Assembly (NCBI GenBank): GCA_012295275.1
Contig: CM022669.1
Location: forward strand, 11,780,001-11,844,000
Source: Chrysomallon squamiferum
Taxonomy: Eukaryota > Animalia > Mollusca
DNA length: 64,000 bases
Direction of reading: 5' to 3'
The notes below the pieces were generated by a model. That model searched no databases. It saw only the letters and a program-made list of their open reading frames with translations, and was not told the DNA's origin. Shown here piece after piece: positions 26,890 through 42,200 of this stretch. Position 1 is the stretch's first letter. Every line of letters starts with the position of its first letter. The translations under genes and the position numbers were made by a program.

Positions 26890-29800
26890 AGTATATACTG
26901 TGATAACGCACTGGAATTTGGGTATTACTATTACTTAAGCAGATTAATTGGAATATTGATATAATAGGTATTCATGAATGTAAATTTTTTGAATTTCAAA
27001 GCTAATCACTTCAGAATTTCAATGAATGTCCAAAATATCAATTTTTTGATTTAAGATCAGTTGAATCTAAAATTAGGTAATAAATTATTGCAGGAAACTG
27101 CTGCAGGCACAAATTACTTGCATTGAGATTTGGGTTTTAAATAATCTTCACGATTTTTTATGGATGAAGACTACATATGTTACAAATTTCATAATACATA
27201 AACTGATTTAACCTTAAAGAAAATAAATGCTGACCAAACCAAGTTTGTTGTTAAATAAGAGTTGACTGTTCCAATTTTTGTCAAATATTTTGCAATCGGA
27301 AAAAGAAAAGATAACACAGCGAATGACTAATGTTTATTTTATCACACACTTTCTCATCACATGCAGCCCTAAAGAGCAAACAGTAAACCTAAAACTGAGA
27401 AACAATTGCATTGAACTATTAAGCAAGTCATTTAAACTTTGATTTAATAATGTAATTCAAGTCAAAATTTCTAGCACACTTTGTTTGTTGTCATCTTTCT
27501 TTTTTTAAATCTGGAATACTCTTTTAATACTTTACAATTAATTTGATTTCTTGTAAAATGTAATATCTTGTTTATAAAATGATAAAATAATTTTTCACCA
27601 AATTAATATTACATTTATTCACAAAAAAAACCCTCATTTAACAAGGAGCTCCAAGCTTCTCTATAATGAATACTAGTGATATTTATACTATACTGGACAC
27701 CAAAAAGCCAAATATTGAAAAATATGAAGCATACATCCATAATGCTTTATACGTGAGATACAGTGATTAAATCCATCTACACAGAATACTTTTCTTACGC
27801 TCATCTCAAATGAATTTTACATAACCAGTTCTCAAAACAAACATTCCTTATCCTAAAACACAATAAAATGAGTTTTAATTACCACTACACACAAATGAAC
27901 CACAGAAAACCAATACTAATAAACCAACAAGTAAATACTCCTGTAAGACGACAACAAATTATGCATGTAGAACATGGCTTAATCATGAACTGCTTGTCAA
28001 CATAGATTTAAAAAAAATAAAATTCAAAATGAGGTATCAAACCATTCAAAAGTACAAAAAAAAAAAAAAAAAAAAAAAATTATTAACATTATGAGCTAAG
28101 TTTTACTAGTTTCACATTTAATATGTGGTATTTTAAAAAGAAAATTTTTTAGATTTTTAAATTAAGTGAATTATCTATGGCTTGTTAAGTAGAGTCATCC
28201 TTCAGAAGAGTTATCTGAAATGTCAGATAATATGTTGGGTTTTTTAAAATTTAAATACATGATTTAAAAACAATAACAGAACAAACATAAAATAATATCA
28301 AGCTATCAGCATACAATATACTACTAAATATATCTAAATACTGCAAATACATACCTTTTTTTTTAATATATTACAGTAGCAATATAATAAATACCTTTCC
28401 AAATAAATTATGAATATAATATACTATGAAAGAAATTATAAATAATATCTGGTATATATTTTTGTAATTAAAGATAGGAGAAATAAATGCAGTAACTCCT
28501 ATGAATGAAGTGTTGACAAATGCAAAAGGTGAAATTATAAAGATCTCTGCTCTTGTTAGAAATAAAGCTAAATTTATTTTTATACATACATATAGGTTTG
28601 AGTATAAAATATATTTAAAAATTAACAATAATAAAATAATTATATAATAATAAAAGACATATAAAACAAAACTGGTGTATGCTGAAGCAGGAGATTCTTG
28701 AAGTTAAGAATCAATGATATGGTATAAAATTATTATTTTTGATATTTTAAATAGTATATTTGGCTTGAAATACACATGGTGAAAAATAATTTTCATACAA
28801 AGAATTCCAAATTAAACTTGCTTAAATTATAGATAAAACAACTGCCATTTATGTAAACAAAATTATATATATATATATATATAAACACACAAACACACAC
28901 AACAAATATTTTGATCACAAAACAATATTGTAATAATCTGTGATTACATAGTTATCATTAGTTTCACAGAACAGATAATTTTATGAGTTTACAAATAAGT
29001 AGATGTATGCATTATTTTTAATTTTTAATTTCATTAGAAAATAAAACTTTGTTACATTACATCAATGATTAACAAAAACAAGCCTATTAGTTGTAAACTG
29101 AAAATTTAATTTTTTCATAAATATTCATGAGTAAAAATAAAAGGATTTCAACAATGAATATTTTTAACCCGATAATCCCTTTATTGCACAAATGAAATAC
29201 TATTTTCAAAAAAGCAATGTCAAGAGCTTTATAAAAAAAAAAAAATTAAACACAAAAGTCTTGTTTTTTTTCCTTTGGAGATACGTAAACACTGTAAATG
29301 TATGTAAAAACTTAAACAGTGTTCACTGTTAATACAACCATTTATCTTTGCTGATGAGTATTTTATTGAATCTAAATGAAAATAAATATCCAATTTTTAT
29401 TTCATCACAAAATAAAATATTAAAATGTCATGGTGGAGTTATTTCCCTTGACACAGCAATCAAAATTTCATAAAGAAAACAATTCAGATAAAATTATATC
29501 ATGCAGTTATTTATAATAAATAGTCCATTGTAAAATAATTATCATATCATATTTTTTGGATCTTCTAACTCCCAATTAATGCTGCTTTTGTCCATTTCAA
29601 CCATATATCCCTTGATTATGTCATGATTTAGTCATACATCAAAAATAAATTGAATAATTGTCATTCTTAAGAATATAAAACATCCTAGAAAAAAAATTCT
29701 GAAAAATGTTATATTTATTTATAGTTAGATAGAGATATAATATCTAATTAGTACTTATAAAACCAAATAATAAATTAGACACACAAATATATGTAAATAA

Positions 29801-30300
29801 ATAAAATGCTGCAGATTCTTTACATGAAGGATAAACATATTCATCACAGCTGGCAACAGGCATATTACAAAATGAAAAAACAAAATTCACAAAAAAATGC
29901 TAACATGGCACTTTCATGACACTCCTACCATGCAAACAACATTTCTAAATCCATTCAAAGACATCTATCTATAAACAAAACATCTTCTTCATGCTCATGA
30001 TATTAAAAATAGTACTACAAAAAAACAGTGTACTTTAAATATTATTTTGGTTAATAACAATTTTAAAAATTTCAAAAATAACATTTGGTTTGTTTGGAAA
30101 ATCAGTTTTGAATAAAATGTGTTGATATTTAAAAAATTTGGATTTAGGTCGATATTTTAGAACTTATAAATAAGATAGACATATATTCCATTTCAAAAGA
30201 CATTCACAATAAACAGAACAAATTTTAAACTAAAAACGAAAAAAAAAAAAAAAAAAAAAAAAGGTGTGACATTTGTATTCCAGTGCCTTTTATTGTAATG

Positions 30301-32710
30301 TTAATGATTATGTGTTTGTTTGAAGACATGCCCAAACAGTGACTGAAATCTTTTCAACCGGTTTTTCTTCCTGTTTTGTTTTTCCATTGCTTCATTGGCT
30401 TCTCTTTCTTTGCGGCGAATTTCACGAACCAGTCCGTGGAAGACGTCGTCCACACACTGCCGAAGTACTGCCGATGTCTCGTAGAAAGGACAGCCAAGAG
30501 AGCGAGCTAGAGCTGCTCCATCTTCTGCTGATATCTGATTTAAAATGAACAAACTGTTGTCAGCAAACTTAAAAACAAACTGCTTGATAGATGCAAGTAG
30601 GTGGTTGTTAGCTTTACTGACTAAATGAAAGAGTAAAAGCAAGCTACACATTAGCTGAAGTGGATATTTCATGTTCAGATTTATATTACTCTTTTCAGAC
30701 ACAGACTGCAACATGAAAAGAATCCCATGGAAAAATAAAAATGATTGATTCCACGACCATCAAATTTCTTGCCAACACTAAAATATATTATTGCCTCTCT
30801 GTGTGAAGGTATTTGTCCATATAGTTATCAGGTTCAGCTTTTATTAATAAACAGTCCCAATGATTTATGTATAATTTACAACAATAAGAAATTGCTTTAT
30901 ATACCTTCCATACTGTATCTAAAATGATTTTACTATTTCAGTAATAATAAAAATGATCAGAAATATTCATCAGAAAAGAAAAATTTCAACAAGACAGAAG
31001 AAATGCTTCAAGTTAGAAATGTGACTGTACTTCACCGAAATTTAATCACAACATTTTGATTTTGCTTTTGATATATTTAAAAAATAGTCAAAATAAATAT
31101 TTAAATAATGTATCTGACTTTATACCATAATGAATAGTAAATTGGCAAAGTTATAATTTAAGCTATTTTTTATTTGTATATATATATATATATATTTAAT
31201 TCATCATAGTAATTAGATTCAATCTGAGAGGACTTAACAGCAATTACCATGAAAATAGTTTTGAAATAAATATTTATATTAATTGATTGTTACTCTCAGT
31301 AAATTATGATGGTCTATCCATGATGTTTTAACTGATTTATATTTTTTCTAAAGCCTTTTTTCATTGTTAAAATAATAATAATATCATTTTTTGGTTTGAG
31401 TGAATTAATAAAACTGACTTTCAGTGCCAGAATAAACATTTATTTGGTAGCTGTTTTGGAACATCTTTATAAATATTATGAAATAACCGAAGGTTTAATT
31501 GTTATAACCATTACTACCTAAATATTACTCTCATGCTTATATGATACCTTTCGTCTATCTTCCAAATCACACTTGTTTGCAGCAATAACTATAGGAATAT
31601 CCTGCACTCTCACTCTGTCTATCAGCTTCTTGTATGCCATGACTTCGTCAAAACTTCGTCTATCTGTTATGGAGTAACAGATAACAAAACCCTGCCCATT
31701 TCTCATATACTGCTCTCGCATTGCTGTGAATTCTGGCTGTTAAATAAATCGAGTTATTCATTATCAACAAAAACAACAAAAGACATTTTTTAAGGAAAAA
31801 TTATCATTCAGAAATGGGTATGAATCATGAAAGCAGCAAATTCTGATAAAAAGATAATTCAAGAGAATTTAAAACACAAATATGAAATTTTAAAAAATTA
31901 TTTAGATGAATAAATTTATAAGCCATATTTTTTGTCCTCCTCATGGTTACTGACCAATAATGTTTTCATCCAATTAAGAAATGATGATAAATTATTTTTT
32001 ATACTTCCAGTTTATAGCAGTTTTCAGTTGTATTTGTAAATGCTATGATTCAAATAATAAAAATAATAAATGAAAATATGATAACCATTATCCAAAATTA
32101 TAATACGGATGTCAAAGATATGGATACCACTAGTTTGCAACATTTTGTATAAAGTAAAGCACATATCATATCGTTTGATAAACTATCTGAGGGTAACTGA
32201 CTGGACTGGGAAATAGCTGAATGGTTAGCCCAAGAAGGACTGATATGATACCAATCCCTTCCCCTTCTCTTTCTCATACATACACACAAATCTATATTCA
32301 TTTAAGTTTCAAATATTTTGTTTCAAAGTGCATTAAAAATGCATTTTATTATTCTTGTTTTACGTTTTTCAACCCAGTATATCATCTTACAGACATTAAT
32401 GTAAGTGCCAGGTTATGAAGTATCTATCTGATTACAAGACAAGAGTTGAAATGAAAATGTGAAAAAAATCAATACATTAATTTACAGTAACTTCTTACAG
32501 CTTGCAAGACAAATTAATTATCATAGGATATCAGATTTATCATGTCGAACTGCGGATGATAATTAACTGCATTTTCCAAACTTGCAAAACCTAGACTGTA
32601 ACCAACTCATTTTATTTAAAATAATATATGTATGTACTTTATTTTAAAATTATTATTATTGTTATTGTTGTTGTTATTGTTATGATTTGTTGTTGTTGTT
32701 GTTGTTGTTG

Positions 32711-32772
<62 letters not shown>

Positions 32773-35700
32773 AGAATTGTTTACTTTTTCTTCAATAAAA
32801 AATTAGTATACGTCCAACTTTCTCAAAACCACTCAAGATAGAAATCTAAGTGACAGCTTAAGACAGACAGATGCTTATTAAAGAATTCAGCTTATCTTTA
32901 AAATTGTTTTTAATATGGTTGCTGTTCATTATTCTACCTGGATTTAATTTTTGATTGCACTCAATATCTTTCTATATAATTATATAATATGTTGCATTCA
33001 ACAAATAATAATAATAATAATTTAAAAAATCATTTTTTTAGAGTTATTTTTCCATGGAAGAAGAAAACAGATTAACATCCAGTATTTTCAGCTGAATTAT
33101 GTAACAGCACACATTTACAGAAAGTAACTCAGCATGATCTACTATTTCAAACTTCTCTTTAGTAACAAGTTTTCAATTAATTAAAAGGTCACAATAAGAC
33201 AGAATCATTTCAAATGCAACCTAATCACATCCTTTGAAGTTACCCCAGACTCATTTATTTTGTCTTTCTCTCGTTTAGAATAAAGGTCAAAGAATTATTT
33301 AACATAATGTTTTTCTTTTTAAGCATCTTGGCTTGTCTTGTTTTACATTTAGCAAAGAAATATTTATACATAATAATTAGAACAAAATAATCTATGCTCA
33401 AAATATTCTCAAATCCGCTCATTTTGTGAACATATAAGGGACTTACAAATTTACAAATAAAAAGATGTAATGCTGATATTCTAACTGAAAAATGATTTAT
33501 CATCATTAATATCAGATGTTACAGTAAATGTAATTTATACTTTTAAAAGAGATAAATTGGACATGCTTTGTTCGAAAAACTAATTACCTTTCCTTTCCAT
33601 AAATTTTTTGTTTGTTTTTAAATGAATTAACTAAAGAAGAAGATGAAAAGAAAAAGAAAAGAAAATAGGTGGAAATAAAAAAAAAATAAAAAAAGCATGG
33701 ATATTAATTTTGTGGAATGAATAATAAAAAAAAATGTCTTTTTTAACAGTATCTTTCAACATTTTTTTCATCTACAACAATTGTATGTCAGTATACAAAG
33801 GTTAAAGACTATATTGGTAATAAAAGAAGAAACCTGCATCTGTCTTCTGGAAAGCTACCCTCATTTTTATTAGCAGCAAAGGAACCTTTAAATGTGCTTA
33901 CCCAAAGGAAGGAAGCAAACAGCATGGCTTCTAATAAACCGACTGTGGAGATCACATAAACAAAACAAAACAAAACAAAATAACAAAATGTAATAAAATA
34001 ATATAATCTTATAATAAACTAAAAAAAAATAATAATAATAATCAGTTAAACAAACAAACAAATAAATAAATAAATAAATAAATAAATAAATGCCAGAACA
34101 AATGCTATTTTGTTGTGATACGTGTCCTAAATGAACCTAGAAAACAGGCTTTGCGGCAAGCTTCAACAACCAGAGGCTATTAAAAATGATTAATTTACAC
34201 AAGCTAATAAGGAAATAGCACTTCTCACTCTTACAAACATTTTTCTACTGTGATTAGAAACAACCTCAGGAAATCTCTTTTTAAAAACAGAACTTCAAAG
34301 CACATATCTAACTCTCAACATCAAAGATGAAGTTCTTAACTAATGACAACACCCATAACAATTATGTAGCTATATCTAATTTGTGTTTTAAATCTGGCAT
34401 GCAAAATTAAATTTAGTTATTAAAATATTAAAAATATAGTCCAGAAATATTAAAAATTTTCTTGTGCAGTTTATTATTTAAATATGTGTATATTCCTTAC
34501 AATAGCAAAAAGTTCAAGAAACAGAGTTTTTGAAAATTTATCATCATACTTATAATTATGTTGAATATTATATATTATTGATTGTTTGTAAGGTCTGGTA
34601 GCATTTATATCAGGAAAATCCAAATAATATAAAAAGTGAAATGATGTGGAAACTTATAAATGTAGGCAATTGTCATTAATTATAAATCCCAATTTATTTT
34701 ATATTTTGTTATGAATAATATATTAAAAGAGTCTAAAAAATCAATATATTTTCTGTTTAATACTTTAGTATTTGGTTCTGTGGAGGTGAAAATGGTCTAA
34801 ATTTGAATATAAAAAATTAATAAATTCTATAATAAACAACTATTGGGCATTTTCTCTGAATATAAATATTGTCTAAATGTAGTCTCAGTAAATAATTCTG
34901 GAGTATTTTCTCTGAATATAAAAATTGTCTTGTCTAAACATAGTCTACATAAATAATTCTGGAGTATTTTCTATGAATGTAAAAACAGTCTTAATGTAGA
35001 TATAGGCTATATAAATAATTCTGGAGTATTTTCTTTGAACGTACCCCAGATTCACCACTGACCTGGCCCGCAGTGTCAAGGATGTCCAGATGGGCTGCTT
35101 CACCATCCAATTTACACTGGTGTTCATACGCGTCCTCTGAAAATAGTTCATTAAACAAAGTTGAGAATTAATGTGATTTTAATAAGTTTAGAACAATTAT
35201 AATCATTATCTAAGCCTTTCTCCTATTAGCTAATAAAATGAAAAAAAAAAAAAAAAAAAATTTTTTTTTAATAATTTAAACCAGAAATTTATTTCATTTT
35301 GGTATAATTCAAAGATGTGGATATTCTGTATGCATTATTAAACTTCTAATTATTTAATCTGATGACATTAAATATAAGGAGCTAGCTAGGAGAAAAACCA
35401 ATAATGAATTATTAAAAAGTTTTATTATTACAACTATGCAAATAAATGAATATATAAATATTAATTTATTTTAATATTAAATTATTATTACATGACAAAT
35501 ACATATATATATTTTTAATAATAATGATATGAGGAAATCAACAGTTACTTTTTACTGCATACTGTTATGGATTAAAAGAAATGGCTATTTTGTATACTTT
35601 TCCCAGAGAAGTAAAACACATACCAAGGACTTTAACAAACTAATGGTGAGAATCTGCTTGAAATGGGATACTATAAGAGCAAAACACAATTTTCCATAAT

Positions 35701-36687
35701 AATAATGCTTCTTTATAAACACTTATTTTCCTTAATGATAAAATTATGAGATTTAAAATTTAACAAATTTTTTTTCTTTTATAAACATGTCATTTCGATA
35801 ATGATAAAAATACGAGAGATAAAAATGAACAGATTTTTGTACTCTTTTTATAAATACGCAATTTCTATAATGATAAAAATACGAGGGATGAAAAAATGTT
35901 GGGGGTCCTTTATAAATAAACACTTTCCCTAAAACAGGAAAGCGTAGGCCTGTATTACACAGTTTCTGTCAGTGGTGAGTTGAATGAAAGTGTACATGGA
36001 TGCATTGAGAACGGCTTATCAATGATCAACTGCACTTTCTCTAACACGGTGCTAACAATCAATAGAGAGTTGTAATAAAAATCTTGTTTCAGTCCAACAC
36101 ACTGAGAATCAGCTACTGAAACAACAATGCTAACATGATTCTAATGAATTTTGTGTGGTGGGGGGAGGTTGAGAAAATCTATAGCCAAAGACTGGAAAAT
36201 ATGTGAGGCATAGTGACTATTGATCTACCAGATACGACAATGAAACTGAAACTAATGGAGCTGTTGCGCTAACTATGTCTGGGTTGAAAATAAAGTATGG
36301 AGCTGCTCAAACAATAATGGTAGTGTCTCATATTAATCTAAAATACAATATAGTTTCCTCCTCCTATGTTTTTATTATGTCATAAAAGTGCAATAAACAA
36401 GCTTTATTGGAAGAAAAAAAAAGATGCATTAGTTTAAAGGTTATGTTGTTTACATTGTTTTATTTGTTATTTATGGATATCCTTGATGATCGTGTCAATG
36501 ACAGCAACAACCAAACAGACACAAACACATGTATAGGTAAAAGAATTATGAAGAATAAAAAATAATTTAAAAATCTGTACTAACCAATTGTTGGATCATG
36601 ATATTCTTGAAATCTGTGGGACACAAACTGGATTACCAGAGCTGAAATAAAATAAAATAAAAATAATAAAAAAAAAAAAAAAAAAAA

Positions 36688-36751
<64 letters not shown>

Positions 36752-37149
36752 TAACAATATATTTCTTAGAAATACTTAAAAGTGTTATACATTGGTTATA
36801 TTTGATTTATTACTATGCTTATTTTGTCAAAAACATTATTATAGGCTTATTATATCTTTTAAAAAACATTATTAGTTTGAATATAGTATTATCTGCTTTC
36901 ATTTCAGTCAAGTATATTGTCAGATATGCTAGTACTGTACTTCAGCAAAAGTAATTCTAAGTACTGATATTATAATAATAAATTAGCTAACCTTACAGAA
37001 CAAACAAAGTCTATATTTGGATACCATCTGTTACATTAAATGTAATATATTTGTTTTAATTAATAAAATATAAATGTTTCAGTTTGTTATTGTTGTTTTG
37101 TTATTGACTTGTATTTGTTTGTTTATTATTTTATTTCTTATTTTATGTG

Positions 37150-37192
<43 letters not shown>

Positions 37193-38053
37193 AAACTCTA
37201 GTTATTTATATAGATTAAATCTATGTAACTATATCCTGTGATTTTAACTGCAACATAAATATTATTATTTCTTGAAAGGCAATTTAATCTGCAAACTGGC
37301 ACATTTTCTTCAATACTGTAAATATTTTTCTATTTTTTAATGAGAATAACAGGCATATATGTGCACATCTAACAGAAAATTTTGACTTGGATGATTTATG
37401 GGGTAATCCTGTATTAATCAATTCTCAAGAATTTAATTGTCTATAATACTATTTATGTATTAAAAATAATCAATAAAAAATATTAAATTACCAGTGAAAA
37501 AATCTGCACATTGATCAGTTTTTGAATTTCAGAAATAAAATACTCTTTCATCATTTCTTTCTAAGGATTAAAATACCTTCACCAAAACTTAAGACAATGT
37601 GTAAAACACTGATGTTGTATTGAATAAATCAAGTCACAAGAATTGAATCAGAGAAGGAAAAAAAAAAAAAAATCATTTCATCTCATTAGTAAATATAATG
37701 TACCTAGTGACTTTTTAGTAATTATATCCTTCAGATTTTTGCTTCAGTAAGTTCACATTCGATTAACACTGCTTATTACTGTACCACTGTAATGAAGATT
37801 ATTCTAAACAACATAATTAGAAATGGAATTCTGAATCAATAAACATTAGTGCAGCCATTGACTATTATTTAAAATTCTCATTCCTAAATGACAGGTAATC
37901 TATTAACCTGTTAAAACAAAAATACATTTCTAATTAATACTTCCAATATGTTGTTTTTTCAAATAAAATACAGACACAAAACAAATTTTAAAGTCCATTA
38001 TTTCAGTAAACCAGCAAAGATTGACTTCTATACTTAATAAATATACTCTCTCT

Positions 38054-38121
<68 letters not shown>

Positions 38122-39175
38122 CTGAAAATGTGTGTTTGCATGTGTTTTTAACAACTATTTAACAAATATTCATACAGAAATCAGTTTGTGTCAAACCAAA
38201 ATGTTTTTACCAAAGACTTTAACAATGTGTTGTGATGACACCATAATATGTCTGAATATTATGAATACAATATTTTCTGTATTAATTTTAAAAAATGTAT
38301 ATCTTCTTCCTGTTTGTTTTTCACTGTTTTATTGTTTTATTGTTTTTGCAGGATTGATTTCATTAATACTCTAAAACTAATAGTTAAATTTAATTTTAAC
38401 TGAATCATCTTTGATACTGATAAATATTTTATAATAATAATAACAATAATAATAATAATAATAATAATGTAAATAAAACCAAAATATCCATTAATTAATC
38501 TTAGAAATATACACTACTTTTTCATTCCTTCCTTAAATACATATTTTTAGCACTTTTACACACACACACATACACACACACACACAGACACATGTATATG
38601 CACATATGACACTTAACTGAAAAGGAAAAACATTTTCACAATGCTTTTAGTCATTTTTATTTGTGATTATTTTTTTCCTTAACAAAATAATTAGGTCATT
38701 GCAAAACAATTTCTAAGTCATACTAACCAGTTTAACAATGATTTAACAAATAATACTCTGTTGTGAATCTTTCAAGCATCAGTAAGTGATTACAATACAA
38801 AAATACTTCCTGTTTAACAATGTCCTACTTTTAATTCACTGAAAATCTGATATACACTCACAAAAACAATAGCATACATACATTGTTTTACATTCTAATT
38901 TTTTTTTTTGGGTGGGAGGGAGTTTGTTGTTGTGACTTCTTACAGTTTCCAAGTAATTATTTCCAAAAAGAATAAACAAACAAATCACCAAATTTACATC
39001 TTGTTTTTAATTCATTCAAAGATTCATTATTTCTTCACAGTATAAGCACATATAGTTAATTTTTTCAAAAAAAAAACAAATAATAAAAAAAATTAATAAA
39101 TAAAATATAAACAAACAAACAAACAAAGAAAATTAAAATAATAAAGAAAATAAATAAAACACACGCGCGCACACT

Positions 39176-39209
<34 letters not shown>

Positions 39210-42200
39210 CGCACACACACACTAACATAAAAATCACAGTAACTGCATATTAATTTTTTTTCCTCCTTGGGCTTTTTTTTTTTTTTTTTTATGTTCCATT
39301 TCATAAGGTCTTTGAACAATACATTCCTGAATAACTTAACGAATAAGTATTACTCAAATGTTTATTTTGAAAAAAAAAATTCTGTCAGACATATTTTCTA
39401 TACAACAATGTACATGTACCAGTAACTGAAAAACAGTCTATTTTACATACACTTCACAGCTGGATTTGTTTATGTATGCAAAACAAGTTATCGCAAAAAC
39501 AGATTGCAACATTTATATCTATTATCATAAAAACATTCAAGAAACATTATCAATTTTGCATTAGTGTGGTTGCCAAAGTTACTGTTAGACATTTGTGAAA
39601 AAATAAAATAAAATGAAGTAACAAATACACGATAAATAATAAAATTAATAATGTCATATTATTTCTAAAACATATTTTAAAAATATACATTTTTAAATTA
39701 AATTTTGTGATTAATTTATTAATTAGCCTGTAATTTTGAAACATAACGAAAAGGCGCTTCAGCAAGTCTAGATGTCTCAAGAACTTGCACAAGCAGATAA
39801 GAATAGCTGCCTGCAGCCTGATCTTATCTGTTTTCTTTCTTTCTTTTTGTTCAGTCTGCTGCATTTACCATCAAGTAGAATGAAACTGAAAGCAGCTTAT
39901 GACAGACATTTTGAATGGCACAGTCTTAATGTACAGAAATATCTGTATTTTAAAACACAATCATAGGGAGCTGCTGAAGTGATGTATCTGGGACCCTTAG
40001 TGTTGAAATTAGCTTTCTCAATTATTCAAAATAATCTGATTTGAAAAGTTTTGACAAGACTGTGTCATTCTGTTCACACCATGAATATGCAGAAAATCAA
40101 AAAAAATGTTTGGAACACCACATATTTGTAAATAGGAACAAAATATGTCCACAGATTTAAGTGAAAAACCTCTAGATTCCAGTAAAAAAGTCTGCCCCTT
40201 ATTTAATCCAAACAACAAATGCAACCTAGTATTTTTATTTTTGACCATAAGCAACCAAGTTTATAATTATAGATCAATAATAAGAATAAAATTATCCAAA
40301 CAATAACAAGTCATTTTATGACTGACCTTCAGATCTTGGGTTTTAATGCATTGTAAAAAAAAAAAAAAAAAAAAATAAAAATAAAAATAAATAAATAATT
40401 AAAAAATAAATTCAGTATTATTAATAATAATAATAATAATATAAAAAGTTCTAAATAAAAATTAGGCAGAACAAAATCCTCATATATATTTTTTTTATTA
40501 TTGTTAGCAAAGAGTGGCTACAAATTACAAAAAAAAAAAAAAAAAAAAATTAAAATATATTTATTTCAGCTCATCCCATCAAAGGGAATTCTAATGTTCT
40601 AAATACTACAATCTCAAGCTAAATACATTATACATTGTTAGTTCTCAGTTTTAATCTCTATTTCAAATGAAATTCCTCAAGTCCTCTCTAAGAGAAGTTG
40701 ATAGGGCTTAAACTATTTCCTTCTACCAAATGTCTGATGTCTCAATACTAAGTGTTTGGCTGTCAGTGACAAATGCGTTTTTGCTTCTCTTGGTCAAGCT
40801 AACTGAAGGACACTACCAGTTAACACAGCAGGTCATGTGGTCATTTCATGAAAGCTTTTCACATGACTTGGTCAAGTTAGCAATAAACAAAGTAATGAAA
40901 GTATCTAAAAGTCAAATCTTGTATAGCAAAAGGTCACCACAACACTTAAACCAGTCAAATTTGGCTAGAAGTGTTGGTAATTTATCTGTATTAAAAATTT
41001 AATTAAAAACAATTTTTTGATGTTGATAATTTCACTTCATGGTAAATCTTTTATTAGGAAAATGTTTTATCTGAAAAAATAAATAAAATAACATAAAAAA
41101 TAAATAAATACAAATCTGATGTTTTGCTTTGGGAAATAATTACTTTTGAGGCAGGTTCATGTACCAGAATGTTGGTGGTTTTCTGAAAACTACATTATTT
41201 GTTTTGACATGTGTGCATATTTTAATGATAAAACATTATTAGATTAACTTTAACGTCAGAGCAAACTTTTTTTCTTTTTTTTTTTTTAAACATATGTATA
41301 TTGCTTCTGAACAGAACTACTGTTAGACATCCAAAAATTGGTGAATTTAGAAATAAAGCTAACAATATTTTAAAATAATTATTTATTTTTTTTCTAAATT
41401 TTTCTCTGGAAACATGCATTTGTTTAAAATCTAAAATATATTCATCCTTTTTCATGTCTATACTTATACACTTATCTTTAAAATGTTTAATTTATTTCAT
41501 ATGTATTGTCAGTCATTAATAGTTTTCTCCACAATGACAAAATAACAACAATAACAACAAAAAAGATTTTTAACAAAATCTATTTAAAAGAAAATAATTA
41601 GCATATAACGATATAGATATACCATTTTAACAGAGAACATATTCTGGCAACAATAATGCCCATCAAAACCTTTTTCTCTTTTTTTTCTTTTTTTTTCTAC
41701 ATCTCAATAAAGAATCAAATAAATATTTAAACTAACTAATTTTTTATACAGTGAATAATCAAATATAACCCATGTATTGTTACTGGTTTTCAGTTTTGAG
41801 AATGCCATAATGGCAAAGGAACTATATATTCTTTCATCATAAATAGTTAAGTAAACAGTATTCTAAAAATCAATCAACTGTGGAATGTAGGTCACATATT
41901 GATATTGCTTATCCTTTAGAAAGATAACCGAATGAAATAAGTGTAATATTTAAATAAGTATATCTACTAAGAAATAAATTGGTAATTAGGTACATAGTAA
42001 CATATACTTTTGGTATTATGGTTATTTCAGTTTTTTTACAAGATTGTTATTTATAATTACTGTTTGATGTACTCTTCTGTCAGATACAAAGCACCAGTTA
42101 ACTATATGTACACCAGATAATGTTGTTGTGTTTTCCCCCTTTCTTTCTTAAAAAAAGGATGATTATACTTTTGTCTTTAATAATAGTAATTAAATTGATT

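Noticed and set aside
34849-35042. CRISPR-like repeat-spacer pattern
   Set aside because: Eukaryotic intron, spacers homologous to one another, no cas genes.
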